From Candidatus Pacebacteria bacterium CG2_30_36_39 (GTDB lineage: Bacteria; Patescibacteriota; Microgenomatia; UBA1400; PJMF01): a stretch of 64,000 bases of DNA. This document shows, piece after piece, positions 10,259 to 21,400 of the stretch; the first letter of the stretch is position 1, and each line of letters opens with the position of its first letter. A model generated the notes under the pieces. That model was not told where the DNA came from. It saw only the letters and a list, made by a program, of their open reading frames with translations, and did not search any database. The position numbers were made by a program, and so were the translations under genes. The DNA lies in assembly GCA_001873435.1 (NCBI GenBank), contig MNZB01000002.1, forward strand, positions 65,620-129,619, in the 5' to 3' direction.

Positions 10259-11577
10259 TCGCTCAAACCCTTAACGTCTTTGGTTGCAGTTTGTAGAGCA
10301 AAATCAGGAAGAGTTTTGTTTACTACTACTGGTTTAACAAATTTATTTACCATTTCTTGAGAATTGATAACATTGAGTTCTTTGAAGAAAAACTCAAAGC
10401 GATCCATCATGGTAGCTCTTAATTTAGTTCTATTTTCTACTGGCATATCCCAACATTTTTGTTTGAATGGTCCCCAGGCTTTTTTACGAAGTTTGTAATG
10501 AAATTGTTCTGGTGTTTCGGTTTCTTTCTTTTCATCTAAATGTTTAGCATCTAAATAATCATACATTTCTTGTAATAATTCTTGAGGAAATGCTGGGTCA
10601 TTCATGACTAAATTTTGAAAGCCAGTAGCTAGATGTACTTCTAGGGTTTTGGCTTGAGGAAATTGGTTGAAGTATTTATCTGGTAAGGTAGAAGCTCCAT
10701 GTTGGACAGAGCCACCAATTTGATATTTTTCTTGACCAATTTCAGTAATTGTTTTTAAGATAGAAAAGTCGACGTTGATATCGGCAAGCTTGCCATCAGC
10801 TAAGACAACACCGCCATGATGAGTTCCGGTTTGAATACTGATTTTGCTCATCCCAATCATACCTGTTGGTAGGCCTTGATTAAAACCTTCCATGTAGGCC
10901 GTGAAATCTGCTTCATTGCTATTTTTTCCTCCGATATGGCCAATTTCTCCACCCAAGGAAACATTGAGTTCTTTGGGTTGTAGTTTGCGGATGTATTTTG
11001 CTAGTTCTAGTGAATAGGTGTAGTTTGGTATTTGTTGTTCAGCTTCAGTTGGTTTGTCCAAAGCTACTAAAGTAGACATATCAATGTCGATGTTATAGAA
11101 ACCAGCTTTAAGAGCTTCTTCAATGAGTTTTTTAATAGTATCTATTTCACCATTTTTTGGTTCTCCTGGATTCGCTGCTTTGGCTTGGAAGTGATCACCT
11201 TGAACGAATAGTGGTCCAGACCAACCTTCTTTAATTGCAGCTGCAGTTAGGACAGTGACATATTCTTGTGGAGATTGATGGGTGTAGGCCATTTCTGAGC
11301 GGGCAATTTCGAAGATCATGGCTCCAACCTTAAGTTTTACTGCTGTGGCAAAAGCTGATCTAGCTGTGTCGTAGGTCATGCCACGAAGATTCATGGCTGG
11401 TACAGAAAAATTGTTGGGTAGTTGTTTTTTTCCACGAGCTGAATAAAATTCATGGATAGAACTGGGAATTACTCCAGCTTCAATGCCCATTTGCCAAATT
11501 TCAAAACGAGCTTGTTGTTTTTCTTGGTCAGAGCCAAAAACTGCTTGATAGACTAAGGTGTCAATATTTTTATTCAT
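10255..11577 (-). CDS. class II fructose-bisphosphate aldolase family protein (long form)
   Basis: 440 aa with His-rich metal-binding segments (VQGDHFQ, GGEIGHIGG, QTGTHHGG) resembling class II ketose-bisphosphate aldolases. Sits next to glpX and pgk in a glycolytic cluster. Family-level call only. Confidence 0.55.
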   Translation of the reverse strand: MNKNIDTLVYQAVFGSDQEKQQARFEIWQMGIEAGVIPSSIHEFYSARGKKQLPNNFSVPAMNLRGMTYDTARSAFATAVKLKVGAMIFEIARSEMAYTHQSPQEYVTVLTAAAIKEGWSGPLFVQGDHFQAKAANPGEPKNGEIDTIKKLIEEALKAGFYNIDIDMSTLVALDKPTEAEQQIPNYTYSLELAKYIRKLQPKELNVSLGGEIGHIGGKNSNEADFTAYMEGFNQGLPTGMIGMSKISIQTGTHHGGVVLADGKLADINVDFSILKTITEIGQEKYQIGGSVQHGASTLPDKYFNQFPQAKTLEVHLATGFQNLVMNDPAFPQELLQEMYDYLDAKHLDEKKETETPEQFHYKLRKKAWGPFKQKCWDMPVENRTKLRATMMDRFEFFFKELNVINSQEMVNKFVKPVVVNKTLPDFALQTATKDVKGLSD

Positions 11578-11588
11578 ATATTTCCTTG

Positions 11589-12560
11589 TTAATAACTATA
11601 CATACGATATTCCATGGTTTCTTTATTAAAAACATGAGTAGTGTCGATAAATCTGATTTTGTTTAGTTGATTGGTCATTACTAATGAGTGAGTGCGAGCC
11701 CCGTCTCCAAAAAATCTAACACCATTGAGTAATTCTCCAGAAGTAACGCCAGTGGCGCAGAAAACAATGTGTTTGCCACCAGCTAGTTCGTTTTGAGTAT
11801 AAATTTTCTTTAATTTACCACCCATTTTTACAAGTCTTGTTTCTTCTTCTTTGTTTTTCGGCCAGAATCTGGCTTGCATCTCGCCCTTAATACAGCGAAG
11901 GGCAGCTGCTGTCATTACGCCTTCAGGAGCAGCGCCGATGCCCATTACAGCATGGATGGCAGTACCTCTCATGCAGGCCGCAACACCCGGAATAAGATCT
12001 CCATCAGGAATTAAATTAACTCTGGCACCAGTTTCTCTGACATGAGCAATTAGTTCTTCATGTCTATCTCGATCGAGGATGGTGATTGTTAAATCATCAA
12101 TGTCTCTATCAAGTACTTTTGCTAAGGTTTTTAAGGTTGTTTTTACTGGGTCATCAAGATGAACTTTGCCAGCTGCTTCTGGTGGTACGATTAGTTTTTC
12201 CATGTACATATCTGGTGCATGAAAAAGACCACCTCTTTCACTGGCTGCTAGAACTGTTAAAGCTCTAGGTCCAAGGGTGGCTGTGGCATTAGTATTTTCC
12301 AAAGGATCAACGGCAATGTCTATTTCTTTACCTTCTCCAGTGCCTACTTTTTCACCAATATATAGCATTGGGGCTTCATCTCTTTCGCCTTCGCCAATTA
12401 CTATTTTGCCGTCAAATTCTACAGTGTTTAGGTGGGTGCGAATAGCAATGACAGCAGCATCATCTGCTCGTTCTTTATCTCCATATCCTGCTGCTCTAGC
12501 AGCGGCTATAGCGCCTAATTCGATCGCATGAGAAAGTTCTAGGGCTAAGGTTTGTTCCAT
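11589..12560 (-). CDS. glpX: fructose-1,6-bisphosphatase class II (GlpX)
   Basis: N-terminal LALELSHAIELGAIAAARAAGYGDKERADDAAV and DPLENT metal-binding segment typical of GlpX. 323 aa. Confidence 0.85.
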   Translation of the reverse strand: MEQTLALELSHAIELGAIAAARAAGYGDKERADDAAVIAIRTHLNTVEFDGKIVIGEGERDEAPMLYIGEKVGTGEGKEIDIAVDPLENTNATATLGPRALTVLAASERGGLFHAPDMYMEKLIVPPEAAGKVHLDDPVKTTLKTLAKVLDRDIDDLTITILDRDRHEELIAHVRETGARVNLIPDGDLIPGVAACMRGTAIHAVMGIGAAPEGVMTAAALRCIKGEMQARFWPKNKEEETRLVKMGGKLKKIYTQNELAGGKHIVFCATGVTSGELLNGVRFFGDGARTHSLVMTNQLNKIRFIDTTHVFNKETMEYRMYSY

Positions 12561-12569
12561 TGTTTTCCT

Positions 12570-13400
12570 TTAGATATTTGCTTCTAACTCGCTCCAACGG
12601 GCTCTAGCTTCTTTGAGGTTTTGTTCATTGGTTACTTCAAACCAGGGTCCTTGGAAGATTGAAGCACTTAGCTGTTGATGTTTGGCCAAAATTGGAAAGA
12701 CTTCTTTTTCTAGGTTGAAGATGTTTTTTTGAGGGAAGTAGTCAAAGATTTTGGTATCAAAAACATAGATGCCGGTATTAATAATGCTGATGCCAGCATT
12801 TTCGCTTGTAGTTAAGAATCTGGCAATTTTATTTCCTTGAATAAATACTTGGCCGTATTTTTTTTCTCCTAATCTTGGTTTGACAGCAATGGTTGCTAGA
12901 GATTTTTCTGAGAAATGAAAAGTACATAGTTCTGAAAGGTTGAGATTGGTTAGTACATCTCCGTGGATGACTAAGAATGGTAGTCCATGGAGTAGTTGTT
13001 CTGCTTTTTTCACTGCGCCGCCAGTGCCAAGTGGAGTGTCTTCGATTTGGTATTCAATTTTAAGGCCATGGTTTTCACCATTGCCAAAGATTCTCATGAT
13101 TTCAGTTTCATTTTGGTTGAGGCAAATAATGACTCTGTTGATGCGATGTTTTTTAAGGCTTGCTAGGGTGTGAGTTAATAAATAGCTGTTATTTATTTTT
13201 GTTAGGGCAGAGTTGGTTTGATTGTTTTGTTCTCCTCCAGCTAAAATTATGGCTGTTTGAATTGATGGTGAGAGAGATTGTTTGATTAGGGTTTCAATTG
13301 CATGAGAGCGATTACGAATGGTGACTCCGTTAACAAGGGCGTCTACAGAACTTAAGATCTCTTCAGATAAAGTGATGGTAAGTCTAGTTTTGGTGCGCAT
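12570..13400 (-). CDS. sugar-phosphate nucleotidyltransferase (RmlA/GlmU-N-like) with short N-terminal RHH-like extension
   Basis: AIILAGGEQ and GTGGAV segments resemble the NTP-transferase G-rich loop. 276 aa. Confidence 0.55.
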   Translation of the reverse strand: MRTKTRLTITLSEEILSSVDALVNGVTIRNRSHAIETLIKQSLSPSIQTAIILAGGEQNNQTNSALTKINNSYLLTHTLASLKKHRINRVIICLNQNETEIMRIFGNGENHGLKIEYQIEDTPLGTGGAVKKAEQLLHGLPFLVIHGDVLTNLNLSELCTFHFSEKSLATIAVKPRLGEKKYGQVFIQGNKIARFLTTSENAGISIINTGIYVFDTKIFDYFPQKNIFNLEKEVFPILAKHQQLSASIFQGPWFEVTNEQNLKEARARWSELEANI

Positions 13401-13412
13401 AAACCACTTTCT

Positions 13413-14678
13413 TTATTTTCTTAATAATGGTTCAAGGCCGGGGAGTACTTTGCCACCCAAGAATTCTAGAGCAGCGCCTCCTGCAGCAGAGATATAGTCA
13501 AAGCGATCTGCTAGTCCAAGGTGATGGACTGCGCTGATGGTGTCTCCGCCACCAATGATTGTTTGGGCACTGCTTTTTGCTATGGCCGTGGCAATGGCTT
13601 TGGTGCCAGAGGCAAAGTCTGGTTGTTCAAAAACACCCATTGGTCCATTCCAGAAAATGGTTTGGGCTTCGAGGATAATGTCTCGGAATAAGCGTTCTGT
13701 TTTGGGGCCAATATCTAGGTACATCCAGGTTTTGCGACGTTCATCATCAGTGCCATCACTAAGGTCAATAATCTTTTTTTCTTTTGGATGGTCCATGTCA
13801 TCTGCTGCTACCACATCTGATGGGTAAATGATTTTTGGTAAAGGAATATAGCCGTGAAGCATCATTTTTTCAGTTTTAGTATCTTTAATTAGTTCTTCAG
13901 CTACTGCAACAAAGGAGATATGTTCTTTTTTGGTATCTGCTGGTTTGTCTTCAAGATATGAGTGGAATACGTCTAAGCCTTCTGCTTTGAGGAAGTTGTT
14001 TGCAACACCGCCTCCTACGAGAACTACATCGGCTACTTTGCTGAGATTGCGGATGGCCTCAACTTTATCAGAGATTTTTGCTCCACCGACTATGGCGACA
14101 AAAGGGCGCTTTGGTTTTTGAGTTAGGTTGGTTAACATTTCTACTTCTTCAGCTAGGGCAAAGCCAGCATAGGCTGGTAGGTATTTGGTGATGCCAACTA
14201 CTGTTGAGTGGGCACGGTGTGCTGAGGAAAATGCGTCATTTACATAGATATCAGCTAGTTTTGCTAGGTCTTTGGCAAAGTTTAAATCGTTTTTCTTTTC
14301 TCCAGGGTGAAAGCGGCTGTTTTCTAACATGAGTATTTCTCCTGGTTGGAGTTGGGCTACTGCAGTTTCTGCTTCTGGTCCAGCTGGGACGTTTATTTTT
14401 TGAATTTTTTTGCCAAGAATTTTTTCTAATTGTTTGGCAATGGGGTCCATGCGCAGGGCTTCTACAATTTGGCCGCTTGGGCGACCGAAATGAGAAGTAA
14501 GGATGATTTTGGCTTTGTTTTTAATGAGAAATTCTAGGGTAGGGATAGTGACTCTTAGTCTTGTATCGTCCGTCACAACTTTGTTGTGGCGATCTGTTTT
14601 AGTGGGGATGTTGTAGTCAACTTTGAGTAATACTCTTTTGTTTGCAACTGCTTCAGTGGTTATTTTTTTAAGAGTCAT
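13413..14678 (-). CDS. pgk: phosphoglycerate kinase
   Basis: Canonical PGK N-terminus (RVLLKVDYNIP, ILTSHFGRP) and C-terminal GGGDT-like segment (IIGGGDTISA). 421 aa. Confidence 0.93.
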   Translation of the reverse strand: MTLKKITTEAVANKRVLLKVDYNIPTKTDRHNKVVTDDTRLRVTIPTLEFLIKNKAKIILTSHFGRPSGQIVEALRMDPIAKQLEKILGKKIQKINVPAGPEAETAVAQLQPGEILMLENSRFHPGEKKNDLNFAKDLAKLADIYVNDAFSSAHRAHSTVVGITKYLPAYAGFALAEEVEMLTNLTQKPKRPFVAIVGGAKISDKVEAIRNLSKVADVVLVGGGVANNFLKAEGLDVFHSYLEDKPADTKKEHISFVAVAEELIKDTKTEKMMLHGYIPLPKIIYPSDVVAADDMDHPKEKKIIDLSDGTDDERRKTWMYLDIGPKTERLFRDIILEAQTIFWNGPMGVFEQPDFASGTKAIATAIAKSSAQTIIGGGDTISAVHHLGLADRFDYISAAGGAALEFLGGKVLPGLEPLLRK

Positions 14679-14758
14679 AACTGAAATATTCCTTATGTCA
14701 TACTTTTGTCATACTCATTTATACTTGGAATTAATGAGCTTTGTCAAATCACGTTCAA

Positions 14759-15271
14759 CTATGATTTTTTCTTGATTGGGGAGGATTTTTTTGTTATTGT
14801 TTTTTCGTCAAAAACTCGTTCGAATTCAAAGATTAGATACCAGCCAATTAGGGTTAAGGTTAGGCTCCAGAAAACAGATGTTTGATGGAAAATTATGGCG
14901 TAGAGTCTGATTCCAGCCAATGCGACCGACGCTTGAAACCAGTTTTGCCAACCCTTTGTTTGAGTTTTCTTTTGAGCTAAGCCGGTGAAGGCTGAGAAGT
15001 ATAAGATTCCAACTAAGAGGTTGAAGATTCCGTCCCAAAAAAGGTAAATGGGGTTGATATCCAATAGATGGCTGAAGACTTTGGGTAGTGAACCAAATTG
15101 GAAGCTACCAGAAAGTGAGCGTAAGCCTTGAACTATTTTTACTAAACCACGCAAAAATAAATACCAAGGGATGAGCGGGATAAATGTTGAGAGGAGTTTT
15201 TTAGGAAAATGGGGGAAGGGAGCGAAAAATTTTTTAAAGTTACTGCTGAGATTGAAAAAGAACTCGGCCAT
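14759..15271 (-). CDS. hypothetical polytopic membrane protein
   Basis: 170 aa with several hydrophobic helices. Confidence 0.4.
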   Translation of the reverse strand: MAEFFFNLSSNFKKFFAPFPHFPKKLLSTFIPLIPWYLFLRGLVKIVQGLRSLSGSFQFGSLPKVFSHLLDINPIYLFWDGIFNLLVGILYFSAFTGLAQKKTQTKGWQNWFQASVALAGIRLYAIIFHQTSVFWSLTLTLIGWYLIFEFERVFDEKTITKKSSPIKKKS

Positions 15272-15338
15272 ATGGTTATTATAGAAACAAAATGATGGCT
15301 AGGCAAAGAGTAAAATGAGGTACAATACTTGAAGTAAA

Positions 15339-15794
15339 ATGCCACAACCTCGTTACGCCAAATCTTTACAACCTCATTCTGGAGCCGTGATTATGGCTCT
15401 ATATCATTTTCTTAAGCATCCTGATAAGTTGAATTTTGATATTAGGATGACAGAGCCGTTTTCTAGGGTTTATAGAATTATTTTAGAGGGTAGGACTCGT
15501 GATGAGTTGATTTTTAGGACTGGTAAGGATTGGCCTTGTTATTCCAGGATATATTTTCACTCTAATAACACTGAGTTTCGTATTCAACATGATCATTCCC
15601 CTGTTAAAGAGGAGTTTCGGATAGAGGGTAGAAAGTTGTATATGGGTGATTTGCGCACTGAATCTGGGATGAGGGTGGAGTTTGAGGGTGAGTTTTTTCA
15701 GCCTACTACGTTGGAGCTGAAGGAAGATTTTCGTTTGCCAGATGGTCGTTTAATTAATGATCGTCGTTATTATCAAGTAGATTCTGCCTGGTAA
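15339..15794 (+). CDS. hypothetical protein (atypical codon usage)
   Basis: 151-aa ORF. Strong G/T-ending codon bias (AGG, GAG, TTG) unlike the flanking housekeeping genes. Confidence 0.4.
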   Translation: MPQPRYAKSLQPHSGAVIMALYHFLKHPDKLNFDIRMTEPFSRVYRIILEGRTRDELIFRTGKDWPCYSRIYFHSNNTEFRIQHDHSPVKEEFRIEGRKLYMGDLRTESGMRVEFEGEFFQPTTLELKEDFRLPDGRLINDRRYYQVDSAW

Positions 15795-16276
15795 TGTCTG
15801 AAGATTTGGTTTTTCAAACTAAGAATTTTACTGTTGGTAGGCATCCTCAGCCTTTTGTTAGTCGTGCTGATGGTGGTCATTTAAGAATTTTTCCTAAAAA
15901 TAATGAGGTTAGTTGTATTAATGATTTGTCGGTTGAGGAGTCAATTGAGTTGATTAGGTTGCAGCGAGTGGTGAGAGAGGCTTTGATGACTGCGATGAAT
16001 AAGCGAGGTGTTGCTGTGGTGTGGGTTAATTTGGAGGATTTGGGTAATTGGGCTTTTAAGAGAGGTGAAAGGCCTGTCTTACATATTCATGTTTTTGGAA
16101 GGGCTAGAGATGCGGTTAAGCAGCCTTTTCCTGAAGCAGTTAATTTGCCAGATAGGTCAACTGGTTTTTATGATGGTTTTGAGGCCTTAAATCAAGGGGA
16201 TATGAAGGCTATTGCCGAGGAGATGGCTATGGTTTTTGCTCGGCCAGAATATCAAGATGATCAGTGGGGTTTATAG
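15794..16276 (+). CDS. HIT-superfamily-like protein (degenerate histidine triad HIHVF)
   Basis: GGHLRIFPK...LHIHVFGRA resembles the HIT fold but the third His is Phe. Start overlaps the upstream stop (ATGA). Same atypical codon usage. Confidence 0.4.
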   Translation: MSEDLVFQTKNFTVGRHPQPFVSRADGGHLRIFPKNNEVSCINDLSVEESIELIRLQRVVREALMTAMNKRGVAVVWVNLEDLGNWAFKRGERPVLHIHVFGRARDAVKQPFPEAVNLPDRSTGFYDGFEALNQGDMKAIAEEMAMVFARPEYQDDQWGL

Positions 16277-17016
16277 GGGTTAAAGATTTTTCTTAGTCCT
16301 CTTTGGAAGTTTTGCCAGAAGCCGCCGTTGTTTCTTTTCTCATTTTTTCTAAGGGTTTTGTCTTCAGGTCTTTCATAGTTCCAGGCTAGTAAATTTTTTT
16401 TCTTTTTTAGTTCACCTAAATAATGTTGAGCTACGTCCAGGATATATACAACTCCGGCACTATTAGTATAACGAGCCCAAGCATGTCCGCCTCTGCCTAG
16501 GATTTGGTTTCTATCAACTGAAACAGTGCCTCTTACGTAGCCGTTTGTTTTTAGTTTTTCAAGTAAGTAGGCCGCGAGTAGTCCTTGGTGTCTGCAAACT
16601 CCACCGCCAATGAATTCGCCTAAATATACTTTGTGGTTGTCTCCAACGCGTTGATGAACTCTGTCACCAGCTCCGGTGTCGTATGGCATGAGTCTGGCTA
16701 CAGTTTCATAGACGATGTTTAGGATTTGGCCTTTAGGGTCTATCCCAGTTCTTCTGATTTGTTCAATTTTTTGGATGACAGAGCCATAGATGGGCATTAG
16801 TCTTTTGTCTGCTTGGTCGTCAACTACTACTGCTTCGTCTTGGTTGTAGAAATATACGCCGCCGTTGATTGGGGTGTCTCTACCGATGATGGCTCTGCCT
16901 TGGTAGAGGTTTTCTCTACGGCCATCAGGTTTGATGTTTTGTTGAAATTTATTGATTTGTTTGGCGTGTTGGTGGGCGATGTTTGTGTATTCCCACAAGG
17001 CTGATTGTTCGTTCAT
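16261..17016 (-). CDS. transglutaminase-like / papain-fold cysteine peptidase family protein
   Basis: Cys-His-Asp arrangement GGGVCRHQGLLAAY ... GGHAWARY ... ILDV as in transglutaminase-like cores. Confidence 0.5.
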   Translation of the reverse strand: MNEQSALWEYTNIAHQHAKQINKFQQNIKPDGRRENLYQGRAIIGRDTPINGGVYFYNQDEAVVVDDQADKRLMPIYGSVIQKIEQIRRTGIDPKGQILNIVYETVARLMPYDTGAGDRVHQRVGDNHKVYLGEFIGGGVCRHQGLLAAYLLEKLKTNGYVRGTVSVDRNQILGRGGHAWARYTNSAGVVYILDVAQHYLGELKKKKNLLAWNYERPEDKTLRKNEKRNNGGFWQNFQRGLRKIFNPYKPH

Positions 17017-17028
17017 ATATTTAGTTAA

Positions 17029-17328
17029 TTAGTTTTTTCTTAGGCCCATGATTAGCATGAATAATATAAGTGCTTTGATGGGTAAATTGTCAGTTGGTTC
17101 AAGGATTATTTTGGTGAGTGTGGTTTCCTGGCCAATTAGGAGGTGAACTATGATGCTGATGGGGAACATGAGCCATAACCAGTTGCTTCTGTTGGTGTTG
17201 ATGTTGATGATTCTAAATAGTTTGATGAGGAGCGGAGAGAGAAGGTAAATAGCTAAGTATGAGATTGCAACGTCGAAGATGGCTATTTGATAGATTCTGA
17301 AGCTGCGAAGGTGTTCTATGGAAAACAT
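17029..17328 (-). CDS. small hypothetical membrane protein
   Basis: 99 aa, 2-3 hydrophobic helices. Confidence 0.3.
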   Translation of the reverse strand: MFSIEHLRSFRIYQIAIFDVAISYLAIYLLSPLLIKLFRIININTNRSNWLWLMFPISIIVHLLIGQETTLTKIILEPTDNLPIKALILFMLIMGLRKN

Positions 17329-17389
17329 TTTTTCTTTCTAAGAATTAAGTATACTTATTAAGTTTTATAAATGTGGTAGCATTTTAGTT

Positions 17390-18307
17390 GTGTTAGAAGA
17401 AGATCAGGTGGGTGTTAAGGAAGAGGTTGCTAGGCCTGAGATAAGGTCTTGGCAGGGTGATGCAGAGAAGAGGGCTGCTATTGCTGAGGCTTTGGGTAGG
17501 GAAACTTCTAGTTCAATGAGGCAGAGGCTTTATAATTATTTGTTTGATGAGGTTGGTCGTGAGGCTAAGGTTGCTGTTGCTAGTGAGGATAGGAAAGGGA
17601 GAAAGGTTCGTTATTATCGGATTATGGGTCAGGAGGATTTTAATTTATGGATTGAGCATGCCAAGCTTAATGCTGAGGTTTTGACTGATCCATTGACGGA
17701 TAAGATTTCTTCTAAGGATATTGCTCATTATCTGTATTATTTAGTTGGTTCTGGTTTATTTTTTAATTTTAGTGAGGATATTTCTCCTGAAAATGTTTTT
17801 GAGTATTTGCCTCAGTTGTTTCCGGCTGCAAGTGCAGAGGAGGTGGCTATGGTTTCTACTACTGATAGTGCTGCTGTGGTGCGAGGTTTTTTGTTTAAGT
17901 ATGCGAATAGAGAGGCTTTGAAGTTTATGCATCGCGGTTCTTCTTCGAGGCTTAATCCATATTTTTCTTGTAGTGTAGGTGGTCCTTCTTATCTTTATCA
18001 GGATCCTTTGGTTTGTGTGGAGCTGGTGATTCCAGATGATAAGGTTGAGGTGGAGAGTGGTGCTTTTGAGGAGGAGAAGGAGGTTTATTTGACTAATTTA
18101 GATTTGGCTTGGGTTACTAGGGTTTATGCTGGCGGTTCTACTGGTAATGAGCAGTGGATCGAGGAGGTAATTTATAATCCGGAGATTCCCATTGGTGAGC
18201 ATACGGTGAATAGATATAAGAGTTCTGATTCTAGTTATAGTGAGGTTGGTGCTTGGACTAGGGATGAGGAGTTGGTTGATTGTTTGCCAGTTGGTTTATT
18301 GGATTAA
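17390..18307 (+). CDS. hypothetical protein (GTG start, atypical codon usage)
   Basis: 305-aa ORF beginning GTG at 17390. No domain recognised. Confidence 0.4.
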   Translation: MLEEDQVGVKEEVARPEIRSWQGDAEKRAAIAEALGRETSSSMRQRLYNYLFDEVGREAKVAVASEDRKGRKVRYYRIMGQEDFNLWIEHAKLNAEVLTDPLTDKISSKDIAHYLYYLVGSGLFFNFSEDISPENVFEYLPQLFPAASAEEVAMVSTTDSAAVVRGFLFKYANREALKFMHRGSSSRLNPYFSCSVGGPSYLYQDPLVCVELVIPDDKVEVESGAFEEEKEVYLTNLDLAWVTRVYAGGSTGNEQWIEEVIYNPEIPIGEHTVNRYKSSDSSYSEVGAWTRDEELVDCLPVGLLD

Positions 18308-18464
18308 TCAAGCTATTTTTCATTATATTGCTATTTATTTTTTCTTTTTTTGGTTTAGAATGGTTGTAGCAGTTGTTTGTCTTTTGATAGCATCTGTCTG
18401 ATATATAACGATTTATTTCTGCCTGGTTATATTCTTTAAATAGTAATTAAAAGAAGGTTTAAAG

Positions 18465-21400
18465 GTGAAGAGTTTATTTCGCAAGTTTAATCAAAAGTTT
18501 TTTTCTATTTTCTATATTTTTCTCATTTTTGTTCAAAATCTTTTTCCTCTTTCTATTCTTTTTGCTTCTCCCGCTTATGCTCAGGAGAGTCAGGTAAATA
18601 TTGATGTTTCTAGTGTGAAGTTGTTTTTTAATAGTAATACTAATAAGCTTTCTTTTTCTGTTAAGGCTGACCAAAATCTTGATTATGTTATTGAGTATTC
18701 TAATGGAGATATAAATCAGGCTGTACAGAGTATGGCTCAGGTTGCTGATGGTGTTGTTAAGGCTGATGTTTATCTTGGTTCTTGCTCTACTACTGAGTGT
18801 TCTCCCGATGAGTTTTCAAGTGGGAAAATTAGTTTTCCGAGTGTTGGTTATGAGGCAGATTTTTCTTACAAGAATAATCAGCTTTGGTTAATTCATAATG
18901 GTTTAGCTTCTATTGCTAAGGTTTCTGCAGGCGTTACTTATGTTGCTCCTCAAAATGAACAGGTCAAGGTTACATTTATAAAGCTTCCAGCCGAAGCAGG
19001 TTCTTTGTCTATTAGAGAAGTAGAGCTTAGTGAAGAACAGGTTAGTGCTATTGGTGCGGTGAGCAATGTTGCTTATGACATTTCTTCTTCTATGGAGAAT
19101 GGTAGTTTTGCTTATGATCTTAAGTTGCCTGTTCCTGAGGGTGCAAATGATAATGCTCAAGTTGTTTATACAGAGGATTTAAATGATCTTAATGTGTCTA
19201 GTGTTGAGGAGTCTGTTGTGGATAATGAGGTTAGTGTGGATGGGTTGGATCATTTTACGGTTTTTGTTGTTGTTTATAACTCTACTCCAAGCGTTACTCC
19301 TGAGACTAGTTATCCAAGTCTTGGTTTTCAAGCAACTCAAACAAGTGAATTTGGTGATTATGTTCATTTGGCTGGAACTGCACGTTTATTACAAAAGATA
19401 ACTGTGACTATGGTTACTTGGGCAAAATTTTCAGATTATACTAGCGATCCTAGGTACAATAGCAGTAATTGGATTCATCCAATTACTGTAAATGTTTATA
19501 GTTCTCATTTGGATGAAAATGGTATTCCTGATGAACTTTTAGTCACAACTACGAAATCAGTTACAATTCCATGGAGACCGGCTGCTGACCCATTTTGTTC
19601 TGACAGTAGATGGAAAGATTCAAATGGTGTTTGTAACAATGGTTTTGCATTCAATGCAGAGTTTGATTTGAGTGGATTAAATGTAATCTTGCCTGATGAT
19701 GTAATAGTTGGAATTGCATATGATACACAAAGCTATGGTGTTTCTCCAATTGGAGTTGATGGGCCTTACAACTCTCTTAATGTAGCTGTTCCTAATAATC
19801 AATCTGTTAATGTCGGAAGTGATGATAATGTGAATGAATTATTTTGGAATACTTCTACAAAATCTTGGTATACAGACGGTGGAGCTGCAGGATATAAAGT
19901 TTTTCGTAAAGATGATAATTGGAGTCCAAACGGAACAGTTTCTTTTAAAATTGAAACATTAGGTGATAATACTGCGCCAAAAATAGTTGTTACATCCCCA
20001 ATAGATGAATCTTATGCAGGTGTTCCTACTACTATTAGCGGTACTGTTAGTGATTTAGAAACAGGTGTTGCTTCTGTGTCAATGCATTTATATAACAAAA
20101 ATACAAATACATTGATTCCTGGGTGTACTAGCTTATCAGCAACAATTGATGGTGGAAATTGGTCCTTAAATATTAATAATGGTGGAACATGTAATGTTTC
20201 AGATGGTTACTATGAAGTTGCTGCTTGGGCTTATGATAATGCAGGTAATCCAGGATGGGCATCACGCACACAATTTAAAATTGATAGTACTGCTCCATCT
20301 AAACCAACTGGATTAAAATTTTTAAATTCAGATGGCAAATATTATCAATGTGGAGATATTTCAAAAAGACAAGTTTCTGTTCCAATGTGGGATGATAATA
20401 CAGAGAGTGATTTTGACCACTACGAGTATTCGTCTTTTCATCCAACCGGAGCACAAGGTTTAAATGAAACTATTTTATATGTTCCAAAATTACAAAATTC
20501 TTGGATGCCGCCAACTGACGGAGCTTATGGTTTTTCAGTTAGGTCAGTTGATAAAGCTGGAAATAAATCAGATTGGTCATTAACTGGAGAAACTTTAGAT
20601 GGAAGTTGTAAAATAATTTATGATTCCACTTCTCCAGAAATTTCCATAGACTTAATTAAATATCCCAATGGCACTACAAAAACGGTATTTGTAACAAACT
20701 ACAACACACCAGTCATATTAGGTAGTCTAATAAGTCCTGACATTGACTCCGTAGTACTAAATGTAAATGGACATGATTACGCCGCAAACATTAGTAGTGG
20801 CTGGGAAGCTACTATTAGTGATGTATTAGCAGATGGTGAATACACCATGACAGTTATTGCAACTGACAAAGCTGGGAATAGTAAGTCATTTGAACAAAAA
20901 ATCTTAATCGATACAAAAGCACCAACTGCAAAACACACCTACTACAAAGACACTAAAGAAATCACTGATCCAATAGCCTATGGCCAGTTTGTAAATCAAT
21001 TCAGCTTTACTGGTAACTATGAAGATAGTGATCCATCATCAGGTCTTTATTGGGATTCATTTGTAATCTTCCAAGCACAGGATAACGGCACCTTTGCCTT
21101 TAGCAATAATGGTAAAAAATCCTATTGTGGCTGGAGAAAAAATCCCAACCTAGTAAATCTATCTGGAACAAATTTTGTTCTTGAAACACCAAGATCTTTT
21201 TCTGAATGTACCTCAGAATTACCAGATGGTGAATACTACCTGGCACATCATATTTATGACAGTGCCACTAGAAAAGATATCCCATCTATAAACCAATTTA
21301 GAGATGTCTTGGGATTACACTTTGTAATAGACACCGTTAAGCCAACTAGTGCCATAACCTCATATGAACTTGAAGATGGCGGATCAGTAGAAACAACCAC

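Noticed and set aside
11851-14121. Several 60-96-aa plus-strand ORFs inside glpX, the nucleotidyltransferase gene and pgk
   Set aside because: Antisense to well-supported conserved genes, with no SD and no motif. Typical shadow ORFs.
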